In this document: piece by piece, positions 1-10,693 of the stretch | How positions within the stretch are numbered: the first letter of the stretch is position 1 | How the letters are laid out: each line of letters starts with the position of its first letter | Source: a virus | IMG/VR virus record: IMGVR_UViG_3300021478_000019 | Span: 1-64,000 of that record | Strand: one strand, 5' to 3' | Length of the DNA stretch: 64,000 nucleotides | Program-made: the position numbers and the translations under genes | Notes under the pieces: generated by a model | The model's input: the letters and a program-made list of their open reading frames with translations, nothing else | Told to the model about the DNA's origin: nothing | Databases searched by the model: none

Positions 1-150
1 GCTCGGGTGGCCAAGGTGGTCCTGTCGGTGGTCGAGATCGAGAGCGGTCAGCTGCTCTTCGGTCAGCGAGAGATCACGTCCACCGCATCCCGCTTCCAGC
101 TTCCCGATATTGACACCGGTCAGTACCAATCCCAGACAGCAGGAGAATAA
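1..150 (+). CDS. Partial CDS (3' end); by position a tail terminator or head-tail gene
   Basis: Frame 1 is open from base 1 to TAA at 148-150, directly before the sheath gene. Confidence 0.5.
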   Translation, partial: ARVAKVVLSVVEIESGQLLFGQREITSTASRFQLPDIDTGQYQSQTAGE

Positions 151-152
151 AT

Positions 153-1739
153 ATGCCCACCCTCACCCGGCCCGGCGTCTATGTGCAGCAGTCGAATTTC
201 CCCGCCTTCGTCAGTTCGTCACCGGGGACGGCGACGGCGTGCTTCGTGGGCTGGAATCCCCGCGGCCCCATAGTTCCGAGGATCGTCAACTCTTGGCGTG
301 AGTACGTGGGGCTCTATGGCGGCTTTGAGCCGGCCTACGCCCCTAGTCCGCTGTCGCTGGCCGTGTTCTCCTATTTCTCCGCGGGTGGGTCCAGTGCGGT
401 CATCATCCGGGCGGTCAACACGGGCTCGGGCACAGCCCCCTTGACGGCCAGCTTGGCTCTTCCTGACCAGTCCCCTGCTCCGGGGATCTCGACGCTCTTG
501 GTCTCAGCTGCGAACCCTGGGCTGTGGGGTATCAACCTTCAGGTCGATGTGGTTCTCGGCACCCTCAAGGATCCGGTCACCAACAACGTCATCAGCTTCA
601 CTCTCCAGGTGAAATATCTGGGCTCTGATTCGTCCCACATCGTGGAGCGTTGGGAAAACCTGAGCATGGTCAAGGGTTCTACCGCTCAGGGACATGCCAA
701 TTACGCCCCTGATGTCATCAACAGCGCCTTCAACGGGTCGATGTGGATCAAGGTCACCGACTTGAACTCGGCCACGGCTTCGCCAGCTGACAACCCACAG
801 GTGACGGCGGCGACGACTCCTCTGGTTGGGGGTAGCGACGGTTCCCTGCCCATGACGCCGAACGACTACAACCTGGCCCTCAGCCAACTCGACCAGTTTC
901 CTGACCAGCCCTTCATCATCAACCTGCCAGGAATCACTGATGGCTCCACGGTGTCGCAGGCCATTAGCTACGCCCAGGGTCGGGGTGACGGCTTCGTGAT
1001 CCTTGATTGCCCACCGGGCATGCCGCCTGGGAGCCCCACCGCGGGCGGCATGGTGGGCTACATGTCCACCGTGGGTGCCAGTTCCCAGGCTGCTATGTAC
1101 TACCCCCAGGTCATCGTTGCGGACCCTTACTCACCGGTTCCAGGGCGTACCCGGCTGATACCACCGGGTGGCTTCGTGGCCGGTCTCTATGTGTCCACCG
1201 ACGCTAGTCGAGGGGTCCAGAAGGCCCCGGCGGGGCTGGGTGCCACCTTGACCGGGGCCTACGGTGTGGAGACCGTTCTCACCAATCAGAATCAGAGCGA
1301 TCTGACCCAGGCCAACGTCAACTGCATCATCTCGGTACCGAATCAGGGGGTGGTGGTTTGGGGTGCCCGCACTCTGTCCCCCTACCTGGTTACCCGCTAC
1401 GTTCCTGTCCAGCGCACTCTCATCTATCTCCAGACCGAGTTCGTGGCCATGACGAGGTTCGCGGTTTTTGAGCCGAACGACTACGTCCTGTGGAATCAGA
1501 TTGGGTCCATCCTCACGCAGTTCTTGGACTCCTTCTGGCAGTCCGGTGGTTTGAGGGGTAATAGCGCCGCCGCTGCCTACTACGTGATCTGCGACGACAG
1601 CAACAACACATTGTCATCGATCCAACAGGGCATCGTGAACGTCGAGGTGGGTGTCGCTCTGGAAAGCCCAGCTGAGTTCATTGTCATCAACATCGGACAA
1701 TGGGCCGGTGGGGCAAGCGCGACGATAACCACTATCTGA
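153..1739 (+). CDS. Tail sheath protein
   Basis: RPGVY N-terminus, GPI...SW.EY...YG, KAPAG, VVWGARTL and PAEFIVI motifs; AGGAG ribosome-binding site. Confidence 0.96.
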   Translation: MPTLTRPGVYVQQSNFPAFVSSSPGTATACFVGWNPRGPIVPRIVNSWREYVGLYGGFEPAYAPSPLSLAVFSYFSAGGSSAVIIRAVNTGSGTAPLTASLALPDQSPAPGISTLLVSAANPGLWGINLQVDVVLGTLKDPVTNNVISFTLQVKYLGSDSSHIVERWENLSMVKGSTAQGHANYAPDVINSAFNGSMWIKVTDLNSATASPADNPQVTAATTPLVGGSDGSLPMTPNDYNLALSQLDQFPDQPFIINLPGITDGSTVSQAISYAQGRGDGFVILDCPPGMPPGSPTAGGMVGYMSTVGASSQAAMYYPQVIVADPYSPVPGRTRLIPPGGFVAGLYVSTDASRGVQKAPAGLGATLTGAYGVETVLTNQNQSDLTQANVNCIISVPNQGVVVWGARTLSPYLVTRYVPVQRTLIYLQTEFVAMTRFAVFEPNDYVLWNQIGSILTQFLDSFWQSGGLRGNSAAAAYYVICDDSNNTLSSIQQGIVNVEVGVALESPAEFIVINIGQWAGGASATITTI

Positions 1740-1751
1740 AGGAGAACACCT

Positions 1752-2369
1752 ATGCCAGGCAGTAATCGTCCTCTTAACTCTGATCCGCTGCGGAACTTTC
1801 GATTCAATGTATCGATCAACGCCGGCAACTTTCCTGGTCTTTCCACGCTGGTCAACCTGGGGTTCATGGCGGTCTCGGGCATCTCGGTCAGCAACGAGGT
1901 GATCCCTTACCGGGAGGGTGGCAACAACACCACAACGCGGAAGATGCCCGGCCAATCGGACTTCGGGCCCATCGTCTTCACTCGGGGCATGGCGGCTGCG
2001 CCCTTGGGCTCGTCCGGTGGCACCCAGGAGATCTACAACTGGTTCACCACTATCTTCTCGGTCAATGCCGGCCAGGGTTTTGGCGGTGCCACCCTCAACT
2101 TCAGGTTCGGAGTGACTGTCGATGTGATGGCTCACCCCATCACCACAGGCCAGTACTCAGCTGGTCTGATCGGCAGCACCAGTAAGCCGCCTATCGTGGC
2201 TCGCATTCAGATCTATAACGCTTGGCCAATGGGCTACAGTCTGAGTGATCTGGAGGCGGGGGGCAACGCAGTGTTTGTGGAGAATCTCACCCTTGCCCAT
2301 GAGGGCTTTAACCTCGCCGTGATGCCGAATGACGGGAAGTCCTTCATCAATGGGGCCCTGCAGGTATGA
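1752..2369 (+). CDS. Tail tube protein (T4 gp19-like)
   Basis: DPLRNFRF, YREGGN, MPGQ, FTRG, NAWP, ENLTLAHEG motifs; follows the sheath gene. Confidence 0.95.
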   Translation: MPGSNRPLNSDPLRNFRFNVSINAGNFPGLSTLVNLGFMAVSGISVSNEVIPYREGGNNTTTRKMPGQSDFGPIVFTRGMAAAPLGSSGGTQEIYNWFTTIFSVNAGQGFGGATLNFRFGVTVDVMAHPITTGQYSAGLIGSTSKPPIVARIQIYNAWPMGYSLSDLEAGGNAVFVENLTLAHEGFNLAVMPNDGKSFINGALQV

Positions 2370-3193
2370 CGTCACCTGAGCCCATGGTGGTCATCGATCC
2401 GATGATCAACCCTGACCAGGCCAACACCATGGCTGAGCGGCTCACGTCTCCAGCGAGTTCGCTGCCGCTCATGCCAGACCCTCCCGACGACGTGATCACC
2501 CTGCCCGGTGGCTATCTCGACGGCGAAGGGATCCTCCACACCACGGCCCGTATTCGTGAGATCACGGGTGCTGACGAGGAGGTCATGGCCCGAGAGTTCA
2601 AGGGCTCCAACACCAACGTGGCCAAGGTGGTGGACATCATCTTGCGCCGGTCGGTGCTGTCGGTGGGGTCCTACGATCCGGTGTCCGCTCTGGTGCTGTC
2701 CAACCTGCTGGTCGGGGACCGTTCGGCGCTCATGCTGGGCATCCGGCTCCTGACCTTCGGGCGGGACTGGGAGGTGCCCGACTTTCCCTGCCGGCTGTGC
2801 GGGGAGACCTTTGGCACCGTCATCGAGTTGGACTCCATCGTGGAGAAGAAGCTGGAGAACCCCATGGTGCAGGAGATCGATATTCCTCTGCGCCGCGGGC
2901 ACGTTGCCACCATGGGGCTGCTGACGGGGGGAGTGCAGCTGGAGATCGTCAACGCGGAGCGCAGCATCCCTGAGGAGACCACTCTGGTCATCGACCGTTG
3001 CATCCGGCGCCTCGACGGCAAGGAGGTGGCCGGCCCGGTAGCCCAGCAGATGGGCATGGCTGACCGGAAGACGATCATCGAGGCCCTGGCCGTGGCTCAG
3101 CCCGGCCCGCAGATGGAGGAGGTGTCGGTCGAATGCATGGCATGCGGGAAGGAGGCGAACTACGCCCTGAATTTGATGGATTTATTTCGTTAG
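2366..3193 (+). CDS. Tail or baseplate hub assembly chaperone
   Basis: REITGADEE, LLVGDR..L...R..TFG and two CxxC pairs; between tube and tape measure genes. Confidence 0.8.
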   Translation: MTSPEPMVVIDPMINPDQANTMAERLTSPASSLPLMPDPPDDVITLPGGYLDGEGILHTTARIREITGADEEVMAREFKGSNTNVAKVVDIILRRSVLSVGSYDPVSALVLSNLLVGDRSALMLGIRLLTFGRDWEVPDFPCRLCGETFGTVIELDSIVEKKLENPMVQEIDIPLRRGHVATMGLLTGGVQLEIVNAERSIPEETTLVIDRCIRRLDGKEVAGPVAQQMGMADRKTIIEALAVAQPGPQMEEVSVECMACGKEANYALNLMDLFR

Positions 3194-3329
3194 TGCCCTC
3201 ACTCCGTTCGACGTTCTCTATCTGCAATACCAGCGCATCTCGGAGCGCTTTCCGGGCTGGTCCCTGAGCGAGATCAAGGCCATGCCCCGGTACGAACGAG
3301 AACACTGGGTCCGAGTGTGTATCCGATAA
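3186..3329 (+). CDS. Chaperone C-terminal extension, probably reached by a +1 frameshift
   Basis: The +1 frame reads FVSALTPFDVLYLQYQRISERFPGWSLSEIKAMPRYEREHW; no start codon upstream of the conserved GWS..EI..M segment; overlaps TTT CGT TAG. Confidence 0.7.
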   Translation, partial: FVSALTPFDVLYLQYQRISERFPGWSLSEIKAMPRYEREHWVRVCIR

Positions 3330-3338
3330 GGAGCAAGG

Positions 3339-5948
3339 TTGCCCGACCAGGCAGGCTATGGACAATCGCTGTTCGATGATCAGGCTCCGCGGGCGATGGC
3401 CTCTGCCATCGGGTCGATCACCAGCAAGCTCGGAGAGCTAACCGGCGGGTTCTCCTCCCTCGGCAGCGTCACTGACTCGGTCCTGTCCAAGGTCGAGCAG
3501 CACCTCGACTCCATCAAGCAGAAGTTCTCCTCCATCTTCTCTGCTGCGGGTAGCGCAGGCGCTGCCCTCGGGGCCCAGTCAGGGCAGGGACTGAGCCGGC
3601 CCCCGTCGAGCGGCGCTCTGGTCCCTCTGGGGCCCCAGTGGGCGTCACTGCCGGCGCCGCCTGACTCACGTACCGGATCTGCACCGGCTCTGGCCGGCAT
3701 GCCCCAGGGCACGGCCACCACTACAGCCAGCTTCCCGACCATGCAGCCCATCGCTCCCGCCGCGGTGCGGTCGTTCACCCCCATGGCTGCCTATGGGGCT
3801 GGTGGCTTTGGCGGCGCTGGCGCTGGCGGCGGTGGAGGAGCAGGAGTAGGAGGCGGTGGCGGCGGTGGCGGCGGGGCGCTCGTTCCTTATGGTGCTGGTT
3901 GGAACTGGACTTGGGGAGGAGGCGCCCCTCCGGGCCAGACCCCGACCACTACCCCCACGGGTCAGTTTCCATCCATGGCTGGCCTGGCTGCGGAGAGCTT
4001 CCCTGCCGCTATCGGGGGCGTGGTCAGCAACATGTTCACCGGCAACCCCATGAACCAGGCCATGCAGGGTGCCGCCTACGGCTCCCTGGCCTCGGCCCTG
4101 GGGTACGCCAGTTACAACAACGCCATGCGTTACCCGATCCCGTCCTTCGGGCCTTATGAGCAGAACGCTAGCGATGCCTACAACATGGCCGGCATGGCCG
4201 TGAATCAGCTGAGCCTGGTGCCCGGCTCGACGAACTGGGGCAACACCTTCGCTGGGGCCCGCCAGGTACAGAACCTGGTGCCGGGCCTGAACGGATCCCA
4301 ATCGCTGCAAGCTGCCGCTCAGTTCCAGCAAGGCGGCACCATAAATAGGGCCCTGATGTTCGGGATGCAGTTTAGACCGGGCGGGAACATTCAAACCGCC
4401 GGGGCTGACATGCAGCAGCTTTACCAGAGACTCTTTGCTCCTAGCGGAGGCAACCCTGGTGGAAGGGATGTCAAGCAGGCCGCGTCTCTGGCCGCTCAAG
4501 CCTTCCAGGGTGGCAACGCTCAGGGTGATGCCTGGCTCCAGGCTGTCGGGATCGACCCCGGCAGCGCTGCTGGTCAGGCTTTCCAGACCTACACCAAGCT
4601 GGCGGCTGAGGACGCGGCATCAGGCAAGCCACCTCCCAGCGCTAATGACCCGGCGTTGAAGGGTGCCTTCCAAGACTGGCAGAAAGCCCAGGACCAGGCG
4701 GGCAAGACCTTCCAACAGGTTGTGCCCGACTTCGCCAATGCCTCAGATGTCCTCAACAGGGGTGCCACCGCGCTCTTGAAGGCAGTTGAACCTCTCGCCA
4801 AGGCCACCAACGTGGTGTCGGGGGTTCTTGGTCATGGTGGCGGCGCCGGTAAAGGGGGTCCGAATCTGCTCGGCCAGCTGCTCGGCCAGGGTGGGGGTGG
4901 TGGCTTCTGGAGTCGCCTGGGCAAGGGCATTCTTTCTGTAGGTGTTCCCTTCTCGGGCTTTGCCTGGAACTGGACCGGGAAGGGGGGTGGTAGTGGCAGC
5001 ACTGGAAGTGGAAGTGGAACCGGAAGTGGAACGGGGGGCTCCACGGCTAGCGACCCCAATGTGGGTCCGGGTGCGAGTGGCGCCGGCCTGCCCAGTGGTA
5101 TTAGTGGCCCGGCCTGGAACTACAGCAACGCCACAGGCACGGGCCCGCAGCAACTCGGCGGTTACTTCACCCAGGGCACGTCGAGTGGTAGCAAGAGCGG
5201 GAGTGGCAGTACGGGTGGTACGGGTGGTACGGGTGGTACGGGAGGCACTACTGCCTTGACCGGCAGCGGCAACGTCCAGCAGGCATACAACTACTTCATA
5301 GGTAAGGGACTCTCGGACTACCAGGCCGCTGGTGTCGTCGGCAACCTGGCGCAGGAGTCTGGCGTAAATCCTGCCTCCGTGGGCATGGGTGGGGGTGGCA
5401 TCGCTGGATTCACACCAGAATCCAAGATGACTGACTGGGCCAAGGCGCAGAAACGTGATCCTAACTTGCTCGCTACTCAGCTGGACTACCTCTGGTCAGC
5501 GATGCAGGGGGCGATGCCTGCCATCAATGCGTCAACTGACGCGGCCTCAGCTGCTGCCGCCTTCATGAACAACTATGAGCATCCCGCGGATTGGGCTGCC
5601 AACCTGCCAGCCCGCCAGAGGTACGCCGCGAACGTCCTGAAGTCCAAGGGTGCCAACTACGCCCGAGGCAGCATGATGATCGACCGTACTCAGCTAGCCC
5701 TCTTGCATGCCGGCGAGCGGGTCATCCCCGCGGCTGAGAACTTCTCGTCGACCGGTCGCTACCAGCGGCTCACCTCGGACGGTGGTAGCAGTGGCGGGCC
5801 CACTGTCGTCCACCTCAACTTCAAGGCCGGCTCCGTCGTCTTGCAGGTGCCACCGGGCGCCACGCCAACGGACATGACCAAGGTGGCCAACCAGTTTGTT
5901 GCGGCTTTGAACGATCCCAAGGTTCTAGCTAACGCAAGGAGTATGTAG
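3339..5948 (+). CDS. Tape measure protein with C-terminal phage tail lysozyme domain
   Basis: Position; QAAGVVGNLAQESG...TQLDY...F...YE.P lysozyme motif; C-terminal ALLHAGERVIPA; AAGGAG before TTG start. Confidence 0.85.
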   Translation: MPDQAGYGQSLFDDQAPRAMASAIGSITSKLGELTGGFSSLGSVTDSVLSKVEQHLDSIKQKFSSIFSAAGSAGAALGAQSGQGLSRPPSSGALVPLGPQWASLPAPPDSRTGSAPALAGMPQGTATTTASFPTMQPIAPAAVRSFTPMAAYGAGGFGGAGAGGGGGAGVGGGGGGGGGALVPYGAGWNWTWGGGAPPGQTPTTTPTGQFPSMAGLAAESFPAAIGGVVSNMFTGNPMNQAMQGAAYGSLASALGYASYNNAMRYPIPSFGPYEQNASDAYNMAGMAVNQLSLVPGSTNWGNTFAGARQVQNLVPGLNGSQSLQAAAQFQQGGTINRALMFGMQFRPGGNIQTAGADMQQLYQRLFAPSGGNPGGRDVKQAASLAAQAFQGGNAQGDAWLQAVGIDPGSAAGQAFQTYTKLAAEDAASGKPPPSANDPALKGAFQDWQKAQDQAGKTFQQVVPDFANASDVLNRGATALLKAVEPLAKATNVVSGVLGHGGGAGKGGPNLLGQLLGQGGGGGFWSRLGKGILSVGVPFSGFAWNWTGKGGGSGSTGSGSGTGSGTGGSTASDPNVGPGASGAGLPSGISGPAWNYSNATGTGPQQLGGYFTQGTSSGSKSGSGSTGGTGGTGGTGGTTALTGSGNVQQAYNYFIGKGLSDYQAAGVVGNLAQESGVNPASVGMGGGGIAGFTPESKMTDWAKAQKRDPNLLATQLDYLWSAMQGAMPAINASTDAASAAAAFMNNYEHPADWAANLPARQRYAANVLKSKGANYARGSMMIDRTQLALLHAGERVIPAAENFSSTGRYQRLTSDGGSSGGPTVVHLNFKAGSVVLQVPPGATPTDMTKVANQFVAALNDPKVLANARSM
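5211..5243 (+). repeat. 9-bp tandem repeat ACGGGTGGT (3 copies plus a partial) encoding a TGG linker
   Basis: Read directly from the sequence. Confidence 0.8.
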
Positions 5949-7597
5949 TGGCCAGGCCCTCAGATGGGAGTAGTGCTGGACCTGACCTCATCTGGCCCTT
6001 CCCGACCAAGAATTTAGGGGCAGCCCCAGGTCAGGTCGCCTTGGGTGGTCCTGTGGCTGCTGGGGACAAGTACAAGGGACAGGTGGCGCGGGTCGATCAG
6101 GGCTGGGACTTACAGGACTACGCAAACTGGGACAACCCTGGCGACGTCTACGCGGTGGCGTCGGGGACGGTCCATATATACGGCGATCCCAACAAGCCGA
6201 ACGTGGCCTTCGGCCCCAGCTATCCCGTGATCACGTTGGATATAGACCCCGCCACCTGGAAGACGCCACCACCGCAGCCTTACAGCAAAGCCATTTACTA
6301 CGGTCACACCATTGCCACCGTCAAGGACGGGGCCTACGTAGTTCAGGGCGACAAGATCGCCACCCTTGGCCAAGGTCCACAGGGTGACGCCAACTCTCCA
6401 AGCCAGGCGATACCTCTATACGGTTGGCTGGAGATTGGCTGGGACAATGGGTCGGGTGATCCGATAGGCCCACTCAGTAACACTAGCCCAGCCACTGCGG
6501 CTGGGGCCTCCATGAAAGCTGTTCTGGAAGGCGCCCCTACTGCGACTGGACAGGGAGGCGGGGGCGGCGGGACCGGCACCGGGAACGGAGATGGTGGCAA
6601 CAACAACAATAAAGGCGGTAACAATCCTTCCACCGACCCCACTACCGTCACCATCCCGCCCGCAGACTGGTACAGCGACAAGTACGGGGCGACCGACCCT
6701 CGGGATAACTTGCCCTTCTCAGCCTTCTTCCTGGGTCAGAGGATCGTGGGCGCCACCAATGTCTCCTCTTCTCCGACTGCAGGTCGGGCCGGTAGCCTGA
6801 CTGTTCAGTTTCAGGGAGCGAAGACCCCCAGCATGCCGGGTGTCACCTTGGTGCGGGGCGGCATGGCCCAGCTGACGCCCCCTAATACCCCCAACGCCCG
6901 TAAAGACCCCTTTCGCTGCTTCTTCATGATGAACCCGTCGTCGGTGGCGTCATCGGCAACCATAGATACGACGGGTGTCGCCAGCCCATTCACGCAGACC
7001 CAGGCGCTGCAGGCTGCCGCCACCTATCCGATGCAGAACCAGAGCTACACCTTCACCATCATGTTCAATCGGATGTACGAGGTGTGGCAGGGCAACGTGG
7101 GCAACCCCCACCCTGACAAGGGTGGCAAGGACGGTCCCTCTCAGTTGGGGGTGCGCTGGGATATCCGGGCCCTGGAGCGGCTCATGGGCCAGTTCGACGC
7201 GGTTGACAACCCCGGCAGTCCGGGCAGCGGAACCATCGGTGAAGGTAGCTTCGGGCCGGGGGACTACCCGCCCCAGTCTCTTCCCCTCCAAATCATCTTC
7301 GGTGGTTCCAAGTCCATCCAGTTCCAGGGTGTCATCGTGCAGATGGATGTCACCTACACCATGTTCTCGGCAGACATGATCCCCACCGAGGCATCCGTGG
7401 ACATCGGTGTCATGCGGCTCTACCTGCCCCAGATGGCTGGCGCCAACCTGCTGAACATCTTGGATCGTGGCAACTTCCACCAGATTGGGAAGCCGGTCAC
7501 TGGCCTCAACCCCAACGCCACCTTCAATACGTACCTGGGCGGCGACCTGACTCGCTCCCAGGCGCCCAACTTTATGGGTCCATTGCCAGGGCCATGA
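5948..7597 (+). CDS. Tail tube initiator-like protein with N-terminal M23-peptidase-like domain
   Basis: N-term DQGWD...VYAVASGTV...YYGH...V.QGD.IA; C-term F.MNP...F.R.YE...F.G.I....V.YT.F...MIP. Confidence 0.65.
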   Translation: MARPSDGSSAGPDLIWPFPTKNLGAAPGQVALGGPVAAGDKYKGQVARVDQGWDLQDYANWDNPGDVYAVASGTVHIYGDPNKPNVAFGPSYPVITLDIDPATWKTPPPQPYSKAIYYGHTIATVKDGAYVVQGDKIATLGQGPQGDANSPSQAIPLYGWLEIGWDNGSGDPIGPLSNTSPATAAGASMKAVLEGAPTATGQGGGGGGTGTGNGDGGNNNNKGGNNPSTDPTTVTIPPADWYSDKYGATDPRDNLPFSAFFLGQRIVGATNVSSSPTAGRAGSLTVQFQGAKTPSMPGVTLVRGGMAQLTPPNTPNARKDPFRCFFMMNPSSVASSATIDTTGVASPFTQTQALQAAATYPMQNQSYTFTIMFNRMYEVWQGNVGNPHPDKGGKDGPSQLGVRWDIRALERLMGQFDAVDNPGSPGSGTIGEGSFGPGDYPPQSLPLQIIFGGSKSIQFQGVIVQMDVTYTMFSADMIPTEASVDIGVMRLYLPQMAGANLLNILDRGNFHQIGKPVTGLNPNATFNTYLGGDLTRSQAPNFMGPLPGP

Positions 7598-7863
7598 TCA
7601 GCACTACCTCTCGCTACTACGGACAACCACTCTTGTCGACGCCGACCAGGGAGAACGCCAGCGCCAAAGCTATCTTTCGGACTGCTCCCCTCATCCCTTC
7701 CCGCTTCCTTTACTACACGATAGTGGCCGGGGACAGGCTCGACACCGTAGCCAACAGGGTGTACGGGGCTCCCGAGTTGTGGTGGCGGCTGGCTGATGCT
7801 AATCCCGAGTTGTTTTACCCCGATGCTCTCTTGCCCGGCATGATTATCAGGATCCCGGCATGA
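7594..7863 (+). CDS. LysM / tail X-like baseplate protein
   Basis: YTIVAGDRLD.VA...YG..LWW.LADANP...PG..IRIP. Confidence 0.88.
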   Translation: MISTTSRYYGQPLLSTPTRENASAKAIFRTAPLIPSRFLYYTIVAGDRLDTVANRVYGAPELWWRLADANPELFYPDALLPGMIIRIPA

Positions 7864-9068
7864 GTATCCTGAATCAGCCTGGCCCCAGAGGGTACGTCGT
7901 CTTCGACCCGCAAGGCGTCAAGATGCAGTACGTCACCTACATGGTGAAGATCCTGCAGAGCGAGTGCATGCATGACACCGCCATCATCACTCTTCAGGGT
8001 GCGAACCTGAGTGCCCCGGCCCTGCAACCTGGGACTCCGATGTTCGTCACCTACGGCAATTCTCCCGGTGATGTCGACACCTTCTACGGCTATATCGATC
8101 ACGTTGCTCCGCACTACGAGCGCACCATCCCAGACGTCAGTTCCTACGAGGACATCGTCTGCATGGGTGAGAGCTATGTGATGAAGGATCCGTTGGTGGG
8201 CTCCTGGTCGGGGATACAGGCGTCCACCCTGGTGAGAGAGATCGCGTCCAGCTTCAAGCTGGCGGCGCTGATCCAGACCGACGACTACGCCTGGCCACAG
8301 CTGTCCTGCTCGGGTGACTCGGCCTGGTCCTTCCTGACTCAGCTGGCGCACAAGGTGGGCTACACCCTGGCGGTCAACAAGAATCTCCTCCGTTTCACGT
8401 CGGTGAAGGCCGGGCTGCGTCAGAGTTGGGCCGGCATGCCGGTGTTCAACACCCGCAAGACTGCGCCCAACACCGCGCAGCAGGGCATCAGCAAGTTCCA
8501 GGCTCTGCAGGGCGAGGCCCTCGGCCTGCCCGGTCACACCAAGGCCCTGCGGACCATCAGCGGGATGGACAGCACCGGCAAGATCGTCGGCGCCTTCAAC
8601 GATGGCACCTCGGTTCGCACCCTGGGCCAGACCACCCGCTATCCCTTCTTCGTCGAGCAGATCAGCGACACCGTGGTCACCAGTCAGGGCTCAGCTGCCG
8701 CCACCCTGGTTGGGATGACCGAGAGCAATCGGTTCCAGTACCAGGCTGCCGCCAGCCTGGTCGGGCTCACCAGCGTCACTCAGGGCACCCCCATCGTCCT
8801 GGCTGGCCTCGACGACAACGAGAACGGGGTCTGGTGGGTCCAAGAGGTGGAGCATGTGATCAAGGCTGCCGGCTACTTCATGGACGTCTCCCTGGGGCGC
8901 GACAGCGTGGGTGACACCGGTCTGCGGCCCAACCAGTACAACGGCGTGGCCTACAGCCCGTCCAATCCCTTCACCTATGCCATTCACTCGGCGCCCCCGA
9001 CCGTGCTGGTTCAGCAGCGCTGGCGCTCGGCCAACCAGTTCAACGTCTTTGTGACGGGAGGGCAATGA
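7860..9068 (+). CDS. Baseplate hub protein (gp27/GpD-like)
   Basis: HD.A, F.GYI, DSAWSFL..LA..GY and G.W.V..VEH motifs; synteny. Confidence 0.85.
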   Translation: MSILNQPGPRGYVVFDPQGVKMQYVTYMVKILQSECMHDTAIITLQGANLSAPALQPGTPMFVTYGNSPGDVDTFYGYIDHVAPHYERTIPDVSSYEDIVCMGESYVMKDPLVGSWSGIQASTLVREIASSFKLAALIQTDDYAWPQLSCSGDSAWSFLTQLAHKVGYTLAVNKNLLRFTSVKAGLRQSWAGMPVFNTRKTAPNTAQQGISKFQALQGEALGLPGHTKALRTISGMDSTGKIVGAFNDGTSVRTLGQTTRYPFFVEQISDTVVTSQGSAAATLVGMTESNRFQYQAAASLVGLTSVTQGTPIVLAGLDDNENGVWWVQEVEHVIKAAGYFMDVSLGRDSVGDTGLRPNQYNGVAYSPSNPFTYAIHSAPPTVLVQQRWRSANQFNVFVTGGQ

Positions 9069-9973
9069 TGACCATCACTACAGACACCACCAGCATCTCG
9101 GGGGTATACGAGGCCACCGTCGTCGCCACCGCTGACCCCATGCAGCAGTCGCGCATCCAGTGCCTGATCCCGTCGTTGCCCCAGTTCGTCACCACGCCCA
9201 CCGCCTGGGCGGTGCCGGCGTTGCCCACGGGCGTGGTCACCCCGCCTCCAGTCCCGGCCTTGGGCACTCAGTGCTGGATCGTCTTCGCCGGTGGCGTCCC
9301 CACCCAGCCGATGTGGTTCCCGCTGCAGTCCTACCCCAGCATCGTGCCGGGACCGGTGGGCCCAGCTGGTCCTCCGGGGCCCATCGGAGCTACCGGTCCA
9401 GTGGGGCCGGTCGGACCTACCGGCATCCAGGGGCTCGTCGGGGGGCCGGGACCGCGGGGACTCCAGGGCTTCCCTGGCCCTACTGGTCTCACCGGAGCCA
9501 CAGGTTCGCAGGGGAACCCCGGTGTCACCGGCCCTGCGGGCCCGGCTGGCTTAATGGGGCCAGCTGGTGGGCCTGGTCCTCAAGGTGGTGTGGGCCCGGC
9601 GGGTCCAGCTGGCCCTCCTGGTCCCCATCCTGTCGTCAGCTACCCCTTCTCCACTCAGGGCGTGCTACATACCCTCAACAGCGGGCTGCGCCTCACCCTG
9701 CCGCTGGCGGGCACCATCACCTCGGTCACCGCGGCAGTGGGCACGGCTCCGGTAGGGACTTCCATCATCGTGGACCTGTTCAAAAATGGCTCCACGGTAT
9801 TTACCAATCCCGCTTCTCGCCCCACCATTCCCGCCAATGGCTTCGTCAGTGCGCCGGCTGCTCCCAACGTCACCGCACTGGTCGTAGGCGACTACCTGAC
9901 AGTCAATATCGTTCAAGTAGGCAGTGTCGTCCCAGGCAGCGATCTCTGCGTCGTTGTCGCCGTCGCGCAGTAG
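9065..9973 (+). CDS. gp5-N (OB-fold) protein with collagen-like repeat and C-terminal beta domain
   Basis: [11 protein letters not shown]....RI...IP...WA...P.LG..CWI.F.GG..P; about 30 G-X-Y triplets. Confidence 0.8.
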   Translation: MMTITTDTTSISGVYEATVVATADPMQQSRIQCLIPSLPQFVTTPTAWAVPALPTGVVTPPPVPALGTQCWIVFAGGVPTQPMWFPLQSYPSIVPGPVGPAGPPGPIGATGPVGPVGPTGIQGLVGGPGPRGLQGFPGPTGLTGATGSQGNPGVTGPAGPAGLMGPAGGPGPQGGVGPAGPAGPPGPHPVVSYPFSTQGVLHTLNSGLRLTLPLAGTITSVTAAVGTAPVGTSIIVDLFKNGSTVFTNPASRPTIPANGFVSAPAAPNVTALVVGDYLTVNIVQVGSVVPGSDLCVVVAVAQ

Positions 9974-9985
9974 AAAGGAAATCAG

Positions 9986-10684
9986 ATGCCTGGCTCAAAG
10001 TCGGACTACACCGAGAACAACATCATGAAGTCGGTGTTCCAGGCCACTGCTTACCCGTTGCCCGCGGGTCTGTATGTGGCACTGTTCAACGCCCTCACCA
10101 CCCAAGCCAACCGGGACGCCAACAACGCCACCCACACTGCCACCGAGGTGGTTGGCAACGCCTACGCTCGGGTCAACCTGGCCCCCACGGCAGGCAACTG
10201 GCCTATCACCGGAGCGGCCCCGGCCACGGTCCACAACGGTGCGGTGGTGAACTTCGCCACCCCTACGGGCAGCTGGGGCACCATCTACGCCTTCGGGATG
10301 TATGACGCTCTTACGGTCGGGAACCTCCTGTACTGGGGCGACATGGTGGGCAACATCCTGAGTGGCTACTGCTCCCAGGCCAGCCCCGGTCTGATCTCAT
10401 CCTCGGCCCATGGCCTGGTGGTCAACAACCAGGTGCGGGTCTGGTCGCCGGTCAACATGGGCTTCGCCGCTCTGCCCACCGGGCTCGCTGATGAGACCAT
10501 CTACTACGTGGGCAGCGTGCCCTCCCCGGACACCTTCACCCTCTCGACGACGACGGCCAACGGCAGCCCGGTCAACACCTCTACCAGTGGCCAGGTCATG
10601 TTCGCCCTCGATCAGTCCCAGGTGGTCAGCACCGGCAACACGGTCCAGTTTGCCGTCAACGGCATCACCGTCACCGAGGATTGA
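9986..10684 (+). CDS. Tail fibre-associated structural protein
   Basis: LYVALF...EV.GN.YAR...WGTI...G.YDA.T.GNLL..G motif with an inserted HGL...LP.GL....YYV...F.LS domain. Confidence 0.75.
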   Translation: MPGSKSDYTENNIMKSVFQATAYPLPAGLYVALFNALTTQANRDANNATHTATEVVGNAYARVNLAPTAGNWPITGAAPATVHNGAVVNFATPTGSWGTIYAFGMYDALTVGNLLYWGDMVGNILSGYCSQASPGLISSSAHGLVVNNQVRVWSPVNMGFAALPTGLADETIYYVGSVPSPDTFTLSTTTANGSPVNTSTSGQVMFALDQSQVVSTGNTVQFAVNGITVTED

Positions 10685-10693
10685 TGGACGTGT

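Noticed and set aside
153-9973. Extracellular contractile injection system or tailocin rather than phage
   Set aside because: It is followed by about 50 kb of phage-type genes and an integrase, with no eCIS ATPase or host genes
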